The position numbers were made by a program, and so were the translations under genes. A model generated the notes under the pieces. The model searched no databases and was not told the DNA's origin. It saw only the letters and a program-made list of their open reading frames with translations. 64,000 bases of DNA from a virus: IMG/VR virus record IMGVR_UViG_3300017917_003637, positions 1-64,000 of that record. One strand, given 5' to 3'. Shown piece by piece: positions 18,069-28,743 of this stretch. Positions within the stretch are counted from its first letter, which is position 1. Each line of letters begins with the position of its first letter.

Positions 18069-20249
18069 ATGAAAGACATAATAAAAAAATTACTTAAAGA
18101 AACCCTTGTGGTTGAATTTTATGGTAAGAGGATTATTGAACCCATAACCAAAAGATTCAACGATTCTTCTGATGACATGATAAACAAATTGGCTATTGCT
18201 TTTTTGTTTAAGTCATTTTTTGGTGACATTATGCAATATCAAACCAAAGAACAATTTGAGCAAATGTTCAACAAATGGTATGAAGGGGTGTTGGGTGAGA
18301 TGGTTAAGACCAAGGATTTTCCAGATAACAAACCGTTGGCCAAAAAATACTTAGATGCTTATATAAACAACATCGTTTCATTAGGCGATGCTGCAAGACC
18401 ATTTTCATTTAAAGACTTAGAGAAAACATTGGTTGATTTAATCAACAACAATCGTTGGATTCCAGATGAGGAAGTTAGTGTTGGTCCTTCAATATACAAG
18501 CCTAATCAAGATGACATAATGTATGAGGATGACGAAGTTTTAATTTTAAATACTGATACCAAGGCTAAGTGTGTGAGATACGGTATGGGTGAAACATGGT
18601 GTATTACAAAAGCTGACCAAAATTATTATAACACATATAGACTTAGCTATGGCGCAACACCTTATTTTGTTTTGCAAAAGAATGTTAATGGTGATGAGCA
18701 CAAATTGGTTATTTTGAATTATGGTGGTCGTGACGCTTATGCTATTGCTGATAGAAGCAACACTGGTGAAAGAAGCGGTAGTCAACATCATGCAATGTCT
18801 TGGTATGAGATAGAGCAGCAGTTACCTAATTTACAAGGTCTTGAAGAATATTTCCCATATAGAGAGATTACTGATGACGAACGTAAATATTCTGAATTGT
18901 TGGATAGGCTTAAAGATATGTTTATTTTTGATGACTTACAAGGACTTATTGATAAATCTGCTGAAAAATTGGTTATAAACGGTTCACCTATTACCTCTGG
19001 TGATTTTATTAGAGATTTAGCAGCAACTAGAATGACATTTAAGTTAGAGCAATTAAAGAGTCTAAGAAAAGAAACAATGGATAGTCTTATTGAGTCTGGA
19101 TATTTTGTGAATTCATATTACGATACTAAATTATATGAAGAAGTGTTATCACCGTCTCAAATAAATCGTATTATAAAACTGAAGATAGATAACAATAAGG
19201 TTCTAGATGACGTTTTTTATCAATTTATGAGTCCAGATGCTCTTAAAAAATACATGATATTAAGAATAAATGGACACAACAATGGGGCCAATGATAGTTG
19301 GAGTAGTGGTATTAATGAAAAACTCTTAGATTACGATGAAATTAAGGTTATTAAGGAAATATTACCAGATGCTAATATAAACGCAAACAGATATGATTTC
19401 TCTAATGAATATTTTTCATATTTAGGTTTATTAATTGACCCTAGCTTGATTAATAACCCAGAAGTTAAAGAAAACTTAAATAAATTATCAAAGTATCAAA
19501 TACAACATTTAATAAAGACCTACCCTGATTTAACTAAATACTTAGTTAGGTTAAAAGGTTTTAATGAAATAGAAGATTGGCAATTGGCTAATATATTAGA
19601 GGATAACCCAAAAATCTATAAACTAGTGTTAAATAGTTTATCAGAAGAAAGAAGGGCAGCGCTTTTAGAAAGGTTAGAATATACTAAACTATTACCTGTA
19701 TTGATTAGAGATAAATACATTTCGATAGACAATGAAGAAGACTTTAAAAGGGTTAGATATATACTTATTTATGATACTAAGGCTAAGGCGTTTGTTTATG
19801 TTCCAGATTTGTTAAGGTTTATCACTAGTAGTTATGACCTTGAAAAACTGTTAGTACAACAACCAATATTGTTTAAATACTTGGGTGATAAAATAAACTC
19901 GATTACTGATTATGATTTAAAAGACATTATTCAAAAAAACCCAAAATCTTTAAACTATATCCCTGACGAGCGTATTGATGCTATGGGTGAATACAGAATA
20001 TACAGTATGATATATAGTAAACCAATTCTTGCCCGTCAGTTATCTCATAAGATTGGTATGAATTATATTATAGATATAATTAAATCAGTTCCTAAGGTTA
20101 TTCAATACTTACCAGATTCTGTGTTTAAACAACTAGATAAATACGATATGGTAAGTATCTTATACAAAAAAGAGTTGTATCCTTATATGGAGCCAATAAT
20201 TGACAAATACATGCCAGATGATAAAGATTATATCTTAGATAGGTTATAA
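18069..20249 (+). CDS. PcfJ-related WC-motif domain plus helical repeats, putative virion cargo
   Basis: KCVRYGMGETWCIT...YYNTYR...PYFV; C-terminal P..I.Y(I/L)PD repeats; IKKLLKE tag. Confidence 0.6.
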   Translation: MKDIIKKLLKETLVVEFYGKRIIEPITKRFNDSSDDMINKLAIAFLFKSFFGDIMQYQTKEQFEQMFNKWYEGVLGEMVKTKDFPDNKPLAKKYLDAYINNIVSLGDAARPFSFKDLEKTLVDLINNNRWIPDEEVSVGPSIYKPNQDDIMYEDDEVLILNTDTKAKCVRYGMGETWCITKADQNYYNTYRLSYGATPYFVLQKNVNGDEHKLVILNYGGRDAYAIADRSNTGERSGSQHHAMSWYEIEQQLPNLQGLEEYFPYREITDDERKYSELLDRLKDMFIFDDLQGLIDKSAEKLVINGSPITSGDFIRDLAATRMTFKLEQLKSLRKETMDSLIESGYFVNSYYDTKLYEEVLSPSQINRIIKLKIDNNKVLDDVFYQFMSPDALKKYMILRINGHNNGANDSWSSGINEKLLDYDEIKVIKEILPDANINANRYDFSNEYFSYLGLLIDPSLINNPEVKENLNKLSKYQIQHLIKTYPDLTKYLVRLKGFNEIEDWQLANILEDNPKIYKLVLNSLSEERRAALLERLEYTKLLPVLIRDKYISIDNEEDFKRVRYILIYDTKAKAFVYVPDLLRFITSSYDLEKLLVQQPILFKYLGDKINSITDYDLKDIIQKNPKSLNYIPDERIDAMGEYRIYSMIYSKPILARQLSHKIGMNYIIDIIKSVPKVIQYLPDSVFKQLDKYDMVSILYKKELYPYMEPIIDKYMPDDKDYILDRL

Positions 20250-20338
20250 ATAAATGCTCACGAAAAAGTGAGCATTTTTATTTGCGTATAAACATATTAG
20301 TTAGTATATTTGCAAATATAACTAAAAAAACATAAATA

Positions 20339-21571
20339 ATGGGAAGACAAATTAACAAAGAAAAAGTCCTTGAAGAAAAGGGTGAGGTTAAACAATACAC
20401 CTTATTTAATGAGCATAAATCTCAAAAATTAAATTGGTTGTTAGATGTGTATAAAAAGGACCCTTACAAAGCGCGAGTTTTATATTTTAACAACATTGGT
20501 TCTTTTTATATTGAGCGAAGTGTTTGTTTTGAAAGAACTGATGGTAGTTTTGAAATCTGCCGTTTTAAAAGAACTTTTGGGATGACAAAAACCAATCGAA
20601 TTTATTCTAGGGAAAAGAAGTTAACTTCTTTGATTTATAAGAATAAAAAGTTTTATTTTAAAAACGGTTCATCTATTAAGCATGCTATGTATCATGATAT
20701 CTTAAATCATTTTAGTTTTGCTAAACATTTTTTACTAGAAAAATTTCCATGGCTTAGAAACATAGCAGAGAATAAATATTGTCACAACGTTTCGTTATCG
20801 TCAATTTTGACTTATAAATTATTCAACGCTGATAAGGTTTTGAAACATTTATATAAAGCACCAACATCGGTTATCAAAACGTTGACTACTGAGTATGAAA
20901 AAAGGACTAGTAGCCATGGTTATATTTCAAAATTTGAGTGGAAAAGAATTAGTCCATATTTAATAAACATTGAAAATTTGAAAATAGAACATTTCACAAA
21001 TTATTTGTTTAGGGATACCATTGAAATGGCTATTAAATTAGATAAGAAGGTTAATTGTTCATGGTCTGAGAAAAGACTTAAACTTGAACACGATACGTGG
21101 GCCAAAGAGCTTAGAAAAATCATGCTTGAGTTCGAACCGTTAATTCAATTAAATCCTCATAAAATATTTGAAGATTTTGAACAATTTACTGGATACAAGA
21201 TGCTAAGAACCAACCATGAATTAATCGAGGAAGGTCATAAACAAGACCATTGTGTTGCTGGTTATGGTGGTTCAATTTCCTCTGGTCGTTCTGGGATTTA
21301 TCAAGTTAGTGGATACACACTTGAGGTTAGTTATAGAGAAGATTATGGTATCGGTACCAACTTAAATAACAAGAAAAGATTACACTATTCTCAACTTAGA
21401 GGTTTCCGTAATTGTTCGGCACCAATGGTATTGGATAACACTGTTAAAAGTTATATCCAAGCATTTAACGATAAGTATGATTTTGATGATTATGAAAAAT
21501 ACTTAAGAGAAAATAAGGTTGGTCTTAAAACTGTAGTTGAAGAGATTAACAGATATGAATTACCATTTTAA
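20339..21571 (+). CDS. PcfJ-like domain protein
   Basis: ELIEEGHKQDHCVAGY...SGIY...TLEV...QLRGFRN; host-type promoter at 20281. Confidence 0.8.
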   Translation: MGRQINKEKVLEEKGEVKQYTLFNEHKSQKLNWLLDVYKKDPYKARVLYFNNIGSFYIERSVCFERTDGSFEICRFKRTFGMTKTNRIYSREKKLTSLIYKNKKFYFKNGSSIKHAMYHDILNHFSFAKHFLLEKFPWLRNIAENKYCHNVSLSSILTYKLFNADKVLKHLYKAPTSVIKTLTTEYEKRTSSHGYISKFEWKRISPYLINIENLKIEHFTNYLFRDTIEMAIKLDKKVNCSWSEKRLKLEHDTWAKELRKIMLEFEPLIQLNPHKIFEDFEQFTGYKMLRTNHELIEEGHKQDHCVAGYGGSISSGRSGIYQVSGYTLEVSYREDYGIGTNLNNKKRLHYSQLRGFRNCSAPMVLDNTVKSYIQAFNDKYDFDDYEKYLRENKVGLKTVVEEINRYELPF

Positions 21572-21611
21572 ATAACAAAGGGGCCTAGGCCCCTTTTTTT
21601 ATGTGTTGACA

Positions 21612-22562
21612 TTATTTTTTAATCTTTACACAATTAGGATATTTTTTCCCAAACATAGTTTTCATGCCTTTTTGTGTGTAACCAGTCCAACACCTTTCGT
21701 TGATTTCTTCTTTGTTTTCTTGTATTGACATTATTTGGTCGTATGACTTAGAATTGATATCGTTAAGTAGTTCCATAAATGGTGTTCTTCTAAGAACCTT
21801 AAATACTAGGTTTTCTAATGAGAACTCACCACCACTTTCAAGGCCGCTCTTACGATACTTTTTAATCTTATCCTTAAGTTCTTGTGATTTGTCAAGAGCC
21901 TTTTGATAATCACCGTCGGCATATATTTTTTTCACGTCTTTAAGTTTATCGATGAACGCTAGCGCTTTTTTCTTAATGACATTTCTATTTAACTTGAATT
22001 TTTCTTTTTCTGGTTTAAGAATCCATTTATTTCTTTTTACAGAGTACACAGCGTTGGCTGAGAGTGTTTCTTTAATGTCTTGCAGATACAATTCAACATC
22101 GTATCCTTTGATGGTTATGTCATGGTTTTTATTCCATAGATTTTTGTATGAGTCAAAGAGTTGTTTTATAAATTCTTCTTTGGTATCTATGGTGTCAAAA
22201 TCAACAATCACATGTAAGTCAATATCTGAGTATTTTGACCAATTGTAGTTGGCAAGGCTGCCAGTGAATATTACATCTTTGATTACAAGGTTTTCTGGGC
22301 TATTTAAGCCATCAAAAAATTCTTCAGCTATCTTCATTAGTTGTTCGCGAATATCGTTGTTTAAAACTTCTCTATCCCAGAATTCTGGGTTAAGTGAAGG
22401 TTTAAGTTGAAAACTATCCAGAACTTCTTTTGGGATTTTTAAATCCTTGGTAATTGTGGTATCCAATGAATTAGCTGCCTCATCCAATTCATCAAGTTTT
22501 TCTGATGCTGGTGTGAGGTTATAATTTTCTATGATGATATTTTTTTTGAAAAATAATTTCAT
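21612..22562 (-). CDS. Pol-beta superfamily nucleotidyltransferase
   Basis: FTGSLANYNWSKYSDIDLH (GS...DxD) and later VELY; C-terminal CWTGY..KG.K....PNCV module after INE. Confidence 0.85.
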   Translation of the reverse strand: MKLFFKKNIIIENYNLTPASEKLDELDEAANSLDTTITKDLKIPKEVLDSFQLKPSLNPEFWDREVLNNDIREQLMKIAEEFFDGLNSPENLVIKDVIFTGSLANYNWSKYSDIDLHVIVDFDTIDTKEEFIKQLFDSYKNLWNKNHDITIKGYDVELYLQDIKETLSANAVYSVKRNKWILKPEKEKFKLNRNVIKKKALAFIDKLKDVKKIYADGDYQKALDKSQELKDKIKKYRKSGLESGGEFSLENLVFKVLRRTPFMELLNDINSKSYDQIMSIQENKEEINERCWTGYTQKGMKTMFGKKYPNCVKIKK

Positions 22563-22613
22563 TTAAAGTGGATTTTATCATAAATATTTCGTATTATAGT
22601 AAAAACGTAAATT

Positions 22614-22955
22614 ATGGTAGAAAAATACATTATCGACGAAAAAAATTATTGTGGTGAGTGTCCAGAATGCAAGGCATCTTGGGACAAGGGTGAAGCCATT
22701 AGTCTTGTATCAGAAAAAACAGCAAGAGAAGCTTATGGTTGGACGCCAGAGAATAAAAAACACATTAGCAAATTAATCAAGATTGAACCCACAGAATCTC
22801 AAGCATGGAATGGGATGAACACACATTTCCAATGTCCTGAGTGTTTTATTGCTTGGGACGCAATAACTGGCGATAGAACAGAGAAATATAAAGTTATGAC
22901 GGTTGATACTGACGTGATGAAAAAGTTTATGGAGCGCTTGAAAAACGACCAATAA
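22614..22955 (+). CDS. zinc-ribbon protein
   Basis: Two CPEC motifs. Confidence 0.7.
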   Translation: MVEKYIIDEKNYCGECPECKASWDKGEAISLVSEKTAREAYGWTPENKKHISKLIKIEPTESQAWNGMNTHFQCPECFIAWDAITGDRTEKYKVMTVDTDVMKKFMERLKNDQ

Positions 22956-23600
22956 TCACTTCTTTGGCGGACGTTTAGATTTTGATTTCTTTGCACCCTT
23001 TAGCACATTATTTATCTTGGCTTTTGGGTGCAATTTTTTCTTTTTGGATTTATCGTCAGTGGTTTTCGTTTTCTTTTTCTTCTTCTTTTTGGGTATAGTG
23101 TTTTCAAAGATTCTTTCTTTGAACCCTGACAAGTCTATGTTGTAGGGTTCTTGTGATAGCATGGATATATCTAATTTCCATTGGTGTTTAGAAAGTACTT
23201 TGTGTTTATCAAATGATTCCACAATGTGATTTTGTATTTGTGTTTGGTTCCACTTGTTGACTTTGGCAAGCTGTCTGTAACATACATTTTCTTGACCTAT
23301 CGCGATTGACCTACCAATGTGTTTAACCATATGGCACTTTGGACATAACGAAATAAGACCAACTAGTTTTTGTGTAAGAGTTTCTTCATCGTAATGCCAA
23401 ATTTCGTGACATTCAACGTTGTGGTTAAAGCCTTGGTTTTTACCAGTATCACCACAAATTTCACATTTATGGTTAGCTTGTTCGTAAGATAGTTTTCTGA
23501 TTTTATCCCAATCAGCTGTTGATACGCATGTCCTTACGTTTGAGAAATGACATGTCTTAGGTACAAGTTCTATGGTTAATTTTGGGTTATTTGATTTCAT
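22956..23600 (-). CDS. HNH-type endonuclease-like protein with Lys-rich tail
   Basis: CEIC...ECHEIW...LCPKCHMVKH. Confidence 0.75.
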   Translation of the reverse strand: MKSNNPKLTIELVPKTCHFSNVRTCVSTADWDKIRKLSYEQANHKCEICGDTGKNQGFNHNVECHEIWHYDEETLTQKLVGLISLCPKCHMVKHIGRSIAIGQENVCYRQLAKVNKWNQTQIQNHIVESFDKHKVLSKHQWKLDISMLSQEPYNIDLSGFKERIFENTIPKKKKKKKTKTTDDKSKKKKLHPKAKINNVLKGAKKSKSKRPPKK

Positions 23601-23603
23601 ATT

Positions 23604-24122
23604 TTAATATGGCCAATCAAAATCAACATCAATAACTTTAAAATGATTTTTGTATTTATTTCTAGGGATTACGTAGCCTTTGGTTTCACTACCTTCATCA
23701 CCCACATTGTCATCTTTAAATTTGAATTGATTTTCAGATATTAGTTTTTTTAATTTCTTGGTTTCTATAATCCAAGCTTTTTTTAAATATACATAATAGT
23801 AAACATAATAATCGGATGTGCTAATGTTTATTCCAGACAATTTTCCTCTACATTCCGTTTCAATAAAAATGTTACCAGAATCACGACCTTTTATATTCAT
23901 AATACCAAAAGGCATTTGTAATTGTCTGTTAGGAAAACAATACTTATCTGATTTTACTTCAATCGTTTTTTCTTGCTCTTTAATCAAACATTTAAAATCG
24001 TGTTTATTATTATGGTTAAACGATATTGTTTTGTATTGGTATTTATCTTCAAATAAATCCGCAATCACTTTTTCAGCCAATTGGCCTTTAGGTAAGTCCT
24101 TTTTAAAATTTGAATCTGTCAT
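23604..24122 (-). CDS. PD-(D/E)XK nuclease-like protein
   Basis: GQLAE...HDF...IEVKSD...SGNIFIE; ATG at 24122 preferred. Confidence 0.7.
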   Translation of the reverse strand: MTDSNFKKDLPKGQLAEKVIADLFEDKYQYKTISFNHNNKHDFKCLIKEQEKTIEVKSDKYCFPNRQLQMPFGIMNIKGRDSGNIFIETECRGKLSGINISTSDYYVYYYVYLKKAWIIETKKLKKLISENQFKFKDDNVGDEGSETKGYVIPRNKYKNHFKVIDVDFDWPY

Positions 24123-24165
24123 AATATTTTTAACCAATGATAGTAAAAAACAACCAATAAGTCAA

Positions 24166-24411
24166 TTAATATTTTAAATACTTGGTGACAAAATTTTTAG
24201 TTTCCTCAGTTTCAAAACCAAATACAGTCTCAATGGCTGTTATCATTTCTTTTTTAAGATATGGTTTATCATTTGGGTTTGAGACTAGATAAGTTCTACC
24301 ATTATCGAAAAGGATGGCACGTTTGAATTTGCCATTGAATTTGAGTCTTTGGATTGGGTAGTTTCGGTTTAAGTATTTTTGGATTAACTCGAAGTCTTTT
24401 TCTGTTACCAT
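24166..24411 (-). CDS. hypothetical protein
   Basis: ORF with ATATTTAT upstream on the minus strand. Confidence 0.65.
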   Translation of the reverse strand: MVTEKDFELIQKYLNRNYPIQRLKFNGKFKRAILFDNGRTYLVSNPNDKPYLKKEMITAIETVFGFETEETKNFVTKYLKY

Positions 24412-24473
24412 ATTTTTTTATTATAAATATTGTTTGAATGGATAATAAGTAGTATATTTGCAAAAAATAAATT

Positions 24474-24794
24474 ATGTCTAAGATTGATAATTACATTCTT
24501 TTATCCATTGCAGAAAAGGCTTATCAAGTTTTTAAACAGACCAATTACATGACGTTTTCTGGGTTTTGTAAAAAACTAAGCTTATCAATAAGCAATAAAG
24601 ACACAACACCAAAAGAGAAATATATGTTGTGTGAAATAATGGATGAATTGAATTTATTATACGGTTTAAATGATAGTCAAGCTTGGAAATACATCAACGC
24701 TTTTTTTAGTTTTGATGTTGAAACGTTTGGTGAATATTTTAGATATATTAAGGCTATGGAATCAACATATCCGTTGTTGTTTATTTATAAATAG
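24474..24794 (+). CDS. hypothetical protein
   Basis: ORF with host-type promoter at 24433-24460. Confidence 0.65.
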   Translation: MSKIDNYILLSIAEKAYQVFKQTNYMTFSGFCKKLSLSISNKDTTPKEKYMLCEIMDELNLLYGLNDSQAWKYINAFFSFDVETFGEYFRYIKAMESTYPLLFIYK

Positions 24795-25035
24795 GGGTAA
24801 CATTAATATTACCCTTTGTATATTCTGATTTCTTGTATTCTAAGAAATTGGTGATAACTTTGACAATAAATTCAGCGGTGTATGGTGGGCAGAATAAATG
24901 AAATACAATTTTACTAGCAACATCTATTGCGGTTTTTTGACTTCTTTTTTGTCCCACACAATACAAGTAAACAGCTGGATGTTCATCTGTTAGTTCATAG
25001 TTTAAAAATTTGTATAAAATTCTTTCGTCTGACAT
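24781..25035 (-). CDS. hypothetical protein
   Basis: ORF filling the gap. Confidence 0.55.
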   Translation of the reverse strand: MSDERILYKFLNYELTDEHPAVYLYCVGQKRSQKTAIDVASKIVFHLFCPPYTAEFIVKVITNFLEYKKSEYTKGNINVTPIYK

Positions 25036-25094
25036 TTATTTTTGCGTATTTAAAATTATATTTATAACTATAACAATTTTTTAAAAATAAGTAA

Positions 25095-25412
25095 ATGGCT
25101 TTAGAATTAAACCAAAGTAACGTTGATGAAGCGTTAAAAGAAAAAAAAGTAACGGTGCTAGATTTTTGGGCGCCATGGTGCGGCCCTTGTAGAATGCTTG
25201 GCCCGATAATTGACGAATTGAGTACAGATAATGCTGGTAAGGATGTTACTATCGCAAAAATCAACGTCGAAGAAAACCAAGAATTAGCTATCAAGTATGG
25301 GGTAAGAGGTATCCCTACAGTTGTAATCTTCAAAGATGGAGAAGAACAAACAAGAAAAGTTGGTGTTGGTTCCAAATCAGAATTCCAAACAATCATTGAC
25401 GGATTGTTGTAA
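25095..25412 (+). CDS. trxA: thioredoxin
   Basis: DFWAPWCGPC, KINVE, GIPT motifs. Confidence 0.95.
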   Translation: MALELNQSNVDEALKEKKVTVLDFWAPWCGPCRMLGPIIDELSTDNAGKDVTIAKINVEENQELAIKYGVRGIPTVVIFKDGEEQTRKVGVGSKSEFQTIIDGLL

Positions 25413-25486
25413 TTTTTTTTAGTTATGTTATTGTAAAAAGGGTTCGGTTTTCCGAACCTTTTTTGTTTTACAAAATATTTATAGAT

Positions 25487-25828
25487 ATGAAAAAGAAATT
25501 AATAATTACAGAATCTCAATTTAAAAACGTTAAGGCTATTTTAGCTGAGAATACCATGCATGCCAGAATGGTAAAAGAGATGAAAGATTTTTTAGATGCA
25601 AACTATACACCCACCGAAAACTACGTTCGCGAGGGTGGAGAGTATTTTGGGAAAACTATGTTTAAGGTTAACGCTGATGAAGAATTGATTTCAGCTAAAC
25701 AGTTGTATGAATACATGCAATACAAATTTGGTCTTGGTGAGGCGTTTACGCAGCAAGTCATCAAGGATTGGGTATCTGGAAAGATTGGTGAAGATTATAT
25801 GTTATCTAAACATGTACCAATGAGATAA
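25487..25828 (+). CDS. hypothetical protein (MKKKLIITESQ N-terminus)
   Basis: ATG at 25487 just after ATATTTAT. Confidence 0.7.
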   Translation: MKKKLIITESQFKNVKAILAENTMHARMVKEMKDFLDANYTPTENYVREGGEYFGKTMFKVNADEELISAKQLYEYMQYKFGLGEAFTQQVIKDWVSGKIGEDYMLSKHVPMR

Positions 25829-25833
25829 ATGTT

Positions 25834-26157
25834 ATGGACCTCAAGCCTAAAATACGACAAATCTTAAGAGAACACTACGGTGAATTCGAGACCTATTTAG
25901 AACATAAATACGAAGAAGTTTTAACCGAAAACCTAATTACTGGTTCTACCAAAGTAAAAGAAGCTTGGGCTACTTACAATCAAGTTGTTTTAGAATTAAA
26001 AAATAGTATAAAAAACACACTTAAACTAAAAGAGTTACAATACAAATTAACAGAAAATTCAAACCCAAAAGACATGTGTATTGAAGTCATATCTGACATA
26101 AAAGACGTGTCTCCTGAACTAAAAAGGCTATACGAAAAAATAAAAACTTTGTATTAA
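25834..26157 (+). CDS. hypothetical protein with IRQILRE tag; paralog of 26300
   Basis: W.TY...LKE..Y..T...NP block shared with the next gene. Confidence 0.7.
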   Translation: MDLKPKIRQILREHYGEFETYLEHKYEEVLTENLITGSTKVKEAWATYNQVVLELKNSIKNTLKLKELQYKLTENSNPKDMCIEVISDIKDVSPELKRLYEKIKTLY

Positions 26158-26299
26158 TTTGGTATTCAAATATTTACATAACTACTTGATTTTCAATACG
26201 TTTATAGTAAAAAAAATTACCATAAAATCTTTCTATAGTTAGGTCTAATTGGTTACTTTAAGATATTTATAGTTAAATAACATTTTTTAAAATTGTGGA

Positions 26300-26641
26300 T
26301 TGATGGGAGTAAATAATTTTTTAGTCACTACTTGTCAAACTAATAAAACTAGGTTAGACAAATTATATTATGAACACGTTAGTTGTTTGTTGAAAGACTT
26401 AAATGAAGAGGAAGAAATAAAGTGGGAAACATATGGGTTAATAATTGATAGTTTACTCAAGCAAGGTCACAAAAATATTTTAAAAGAGGTTAAATATCGA
26501 ATGACAGATGGCGAAAACCCAAATGAAATTATGTTAGACATCATACATAGACATTCGGATACTGTTGATGGGATGATTTGGTTTTTAAAGAGAAGGATTG
26601 AAGAATATTTAGAAGACGATTTTTACAAAAAATTTTTCTAA
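26300..26641 (+). CDS. hypothetical protein; paralog of 25834
   Basis: WETY...LKEVKYRMTDGENP. Confidence 0.7.
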   Translation: MMGVNNFLVTTCQTNKTRLDKLYYEHVSCLLKDLNEEEEIKWETYGLIIDSLLKQGHKNILKEVKYRMTDGENPNEIMLDIIHRHSDTVDGMIWFLKRRIEEYLEDDFYKKFF

Positions 26642-26695
26642 AAAATGTTGCCTTATTCATTTTAAATTCGTATGTTTGCACATTAATAGATTAAT

Positions 26696-28090
26696 ATGAA
26701 AACAGGCTTAACAGACAGGTTAGTATTTTTGGCTGAAACCTTTGACGTATTTGACTGTTCTTCTGAGGAAATTGTTAAAAAGATTTCTGATTTGGAGAAA
26801 GACAATTACGAGGTACAAACCATTCACTACGAGGAAAATATAATTGCATTGGTATCTTCAAAGGTTAACGACAAGGACCGTGTGATAAAAAAAGTTAGCG
26901 TTTGTATGGATGTCTTTGCTGAAATGATTGCAGCTGACCCTACAAACAATAAGATGTATGTTCAGTGGATGCTTAACATGTTTTCTAGATTTATGAAAGA
27001 TGTTAAATCTCAACCATATGGAATACGTTTGGTTGGTGAAGATTTGCCTCAAGCTGAAATGTATTTAACGTTATTTGAAGATAACAAGAGAAAGAAAAAA
27101 TTTAAAGACTTATGTCTTGGTAGTTATTCTTTGAAGGGTATTACAGACCCAACGGATATTAACCAATACAAGTCTTTGTCACAGTTGTTTGACGCTGTTG
27201 ACCCGTTCATTGAAAAAGACCCTAGTGCGATTGAAAGGATTATTATGAGGTATGTTGAGATGGGTAAGGCTATTATTCCTGTAAAGGATAGAAAGTTTAC
27301 CGTTTACATTCCGTTAACGACAGAAGCTTCTGTTGTATTTAGCAAGTATGCCAACTGGTGTACAGCTAGAGAAGGTAACGGTATGTTTAAGAACTATACT
27401 GAGAATTATAAAACACCAGATGGCAAACATTCTAAGTTGTATGTTATTATCAACAACAAATTTTTTGCTGGAGAATCTGATGAAATCTTTCAAGTACACT
27501 TTGAAACTAACCAGTTAAAGGATAGAAAGAACGGACAGAACGTTAGCATTTTTGAGAATGTTATTTCTGAAAGTGAAGGGGTTGCAAACTTTTTCAAGGA
27601 AGAGTTAACATTGTTGGCAAAAAAGAAAAAAACAGTAAAAGGGAATCCTTATTTGGACTATTTGTTAAGATTTGGATTTGCTGATACATTATTTGAGTTG
27701 TTGGAAGAAGACACTCCGATTATTAAATTTATGGATAGAGAAATACCGATGATACCAAACATTTCCAAATTTAAAAATTTGGACCAGATTATTATAACGG
27801 ACGCAAAACTAAAAGAATTGCATCCGTCGATTGGTGATTTGGATAAACTTTGTTTATTGGTATTGGCCAACAATAAATTAACATCTTTGCCAAGTGAGAT
27901 TGGCAAACTAAAAAATTTGGAATTTATGAACATCAAGGGTAATTGTATTCAACATATACCTTCGGAGATTTCAAAATTAGATAGACAAAATGGCGGGTCG
28001 TTATATCGCATAGTGGTTGACCGCGATTCCATAGGGGTAGAAAATTACAATAGACTAAAAGAGTTGTTACCAACAACTAATTTTAGCTAA
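26696..28090 (+). CDS. WC-motif domain plus leucine-rich repeats
   Basis: ASVVFSKYANWCTA...MFKNY; C-terminal LxxLxLxNNxLxxLPxEIGxL repeats; host-type promoter at 26648. Confidence 0.8.
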   Translation: MKTGLTDRLVFLAETFDVFDCSSEEIVKKISDLEKDNYEVQTIHYEENIIALVSSKVNDKDRVIKKVSVCMDVFAEMIAADPTNNKMYVQWMLNMFSRFMKDVKSQPYGIRLVGEDLPQAEMYLTLFEDNKRKKKFKDLCLGSYSLKGITDPTDINQYKSLSQLFDAVDPFIEKDPSAIERIIMRYVEMGKAIIPVKDRKFTVYIPLTTEASVVFSKYANWCTAREGNGMFKNYTENYKTPDGKHSKLYVIINNKFFAGESDEIFQVHFETNQLKDRKNGQNVSIFENVISESEGVANFFKEELTLLAKKKKTVKGNPYLDYLLRFGFADTLFELLEEDTPIIKFMDREIPMIPNISKFKNLDQIIITDAKLKELHPSIGDLDKLCLLVLANNKLTSLPSEIGKLKNLEFMNIKGNCIQHIPSEISKLDRQNGGSLYRIVVDRDSIGVENYNRLKELLPTTNFS

Positions 28091-28150
28091 AGTTATAAGG
28101 GGCCCAATTACGGGCCCCTTTTTTATTATAAACACATAAAAACAAATGTT

Positions 28151-28684
28151 ATGAAATGGATTAGAAACAACAAGCCAATCGAAGAAGATTTAGTAGATTA
28201 CTTGGAAAAATTGTTCGACGAACAAATGGAAAAAAACAGAACACTTAAAGTATCAATCGGTACTGACTCACAAAAAATCAAAGGCACACTTTACAAGTTT
28301 GCTACAGTAATCCTTATTACTGCAACTGAAGATTTGGGTGGTGGTGTTATCTGGGGGCGTGGTGGTATGATTATATCATCAACTTACAACCATGATTTCA
28401 TGAAAAAAGACAGCGGTGATGGTAGAAAAAGAGACAAGGAACTTGTAAATGAAAGAATGGTGTTCGAGGTTGGTAAATCAATCGAGGTGGCTACTGAAAT
28501 TGCTGAATTGCTTGATGTATATGAAATTCCATTGGAGATTCACGCTGATATCAACCCAAACCCAAAATGGGAATCAAACAAAGCGTTGCAATCAGCTGTT
28601 GGTTACATTTTAGGTATGGGTTACGAATTCAAAATTAAACCTGAGGCTTGGGCTGCTTCAACTGCTGCTGACAAAAAATGTTAA
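28151..28684 (+). CDS. YkuK/DUF458 RNase H-like protein
   Basis: IGTDSQ...EVGKS...LEIHADIN...IKPEAWAASTAAD. Confidence 0.85.
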   Translation: MKWIRNNKPIEEDLVDYLEKLFDEQMEKNRTLKVSIGTDSQKIKGTLYKFATVILITATEDLGGGVIWGRGGMIISSTYNHDFMKKDSGDGRKRDKELVNERMVFEVGKSIEVATEIAELLDVYEIPLEIHADINPNPKWESNKALQSAVGYILGMGYEFKIKPEAWAASTAADKKC

Positions 28685-28743
28685 AATTTTACTATCACTT
28701 GTTTTTTTGGTGTAATGTTAGTATATTTACAAAAAAATACACT

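Noticed and set aside
26179-26203. IHF-like site WATCAANNNNTTR (also at 11438-11450)
   Set aside because: About ten chance matches are expected in a window this AT-rich, and there is no integrase or att context.
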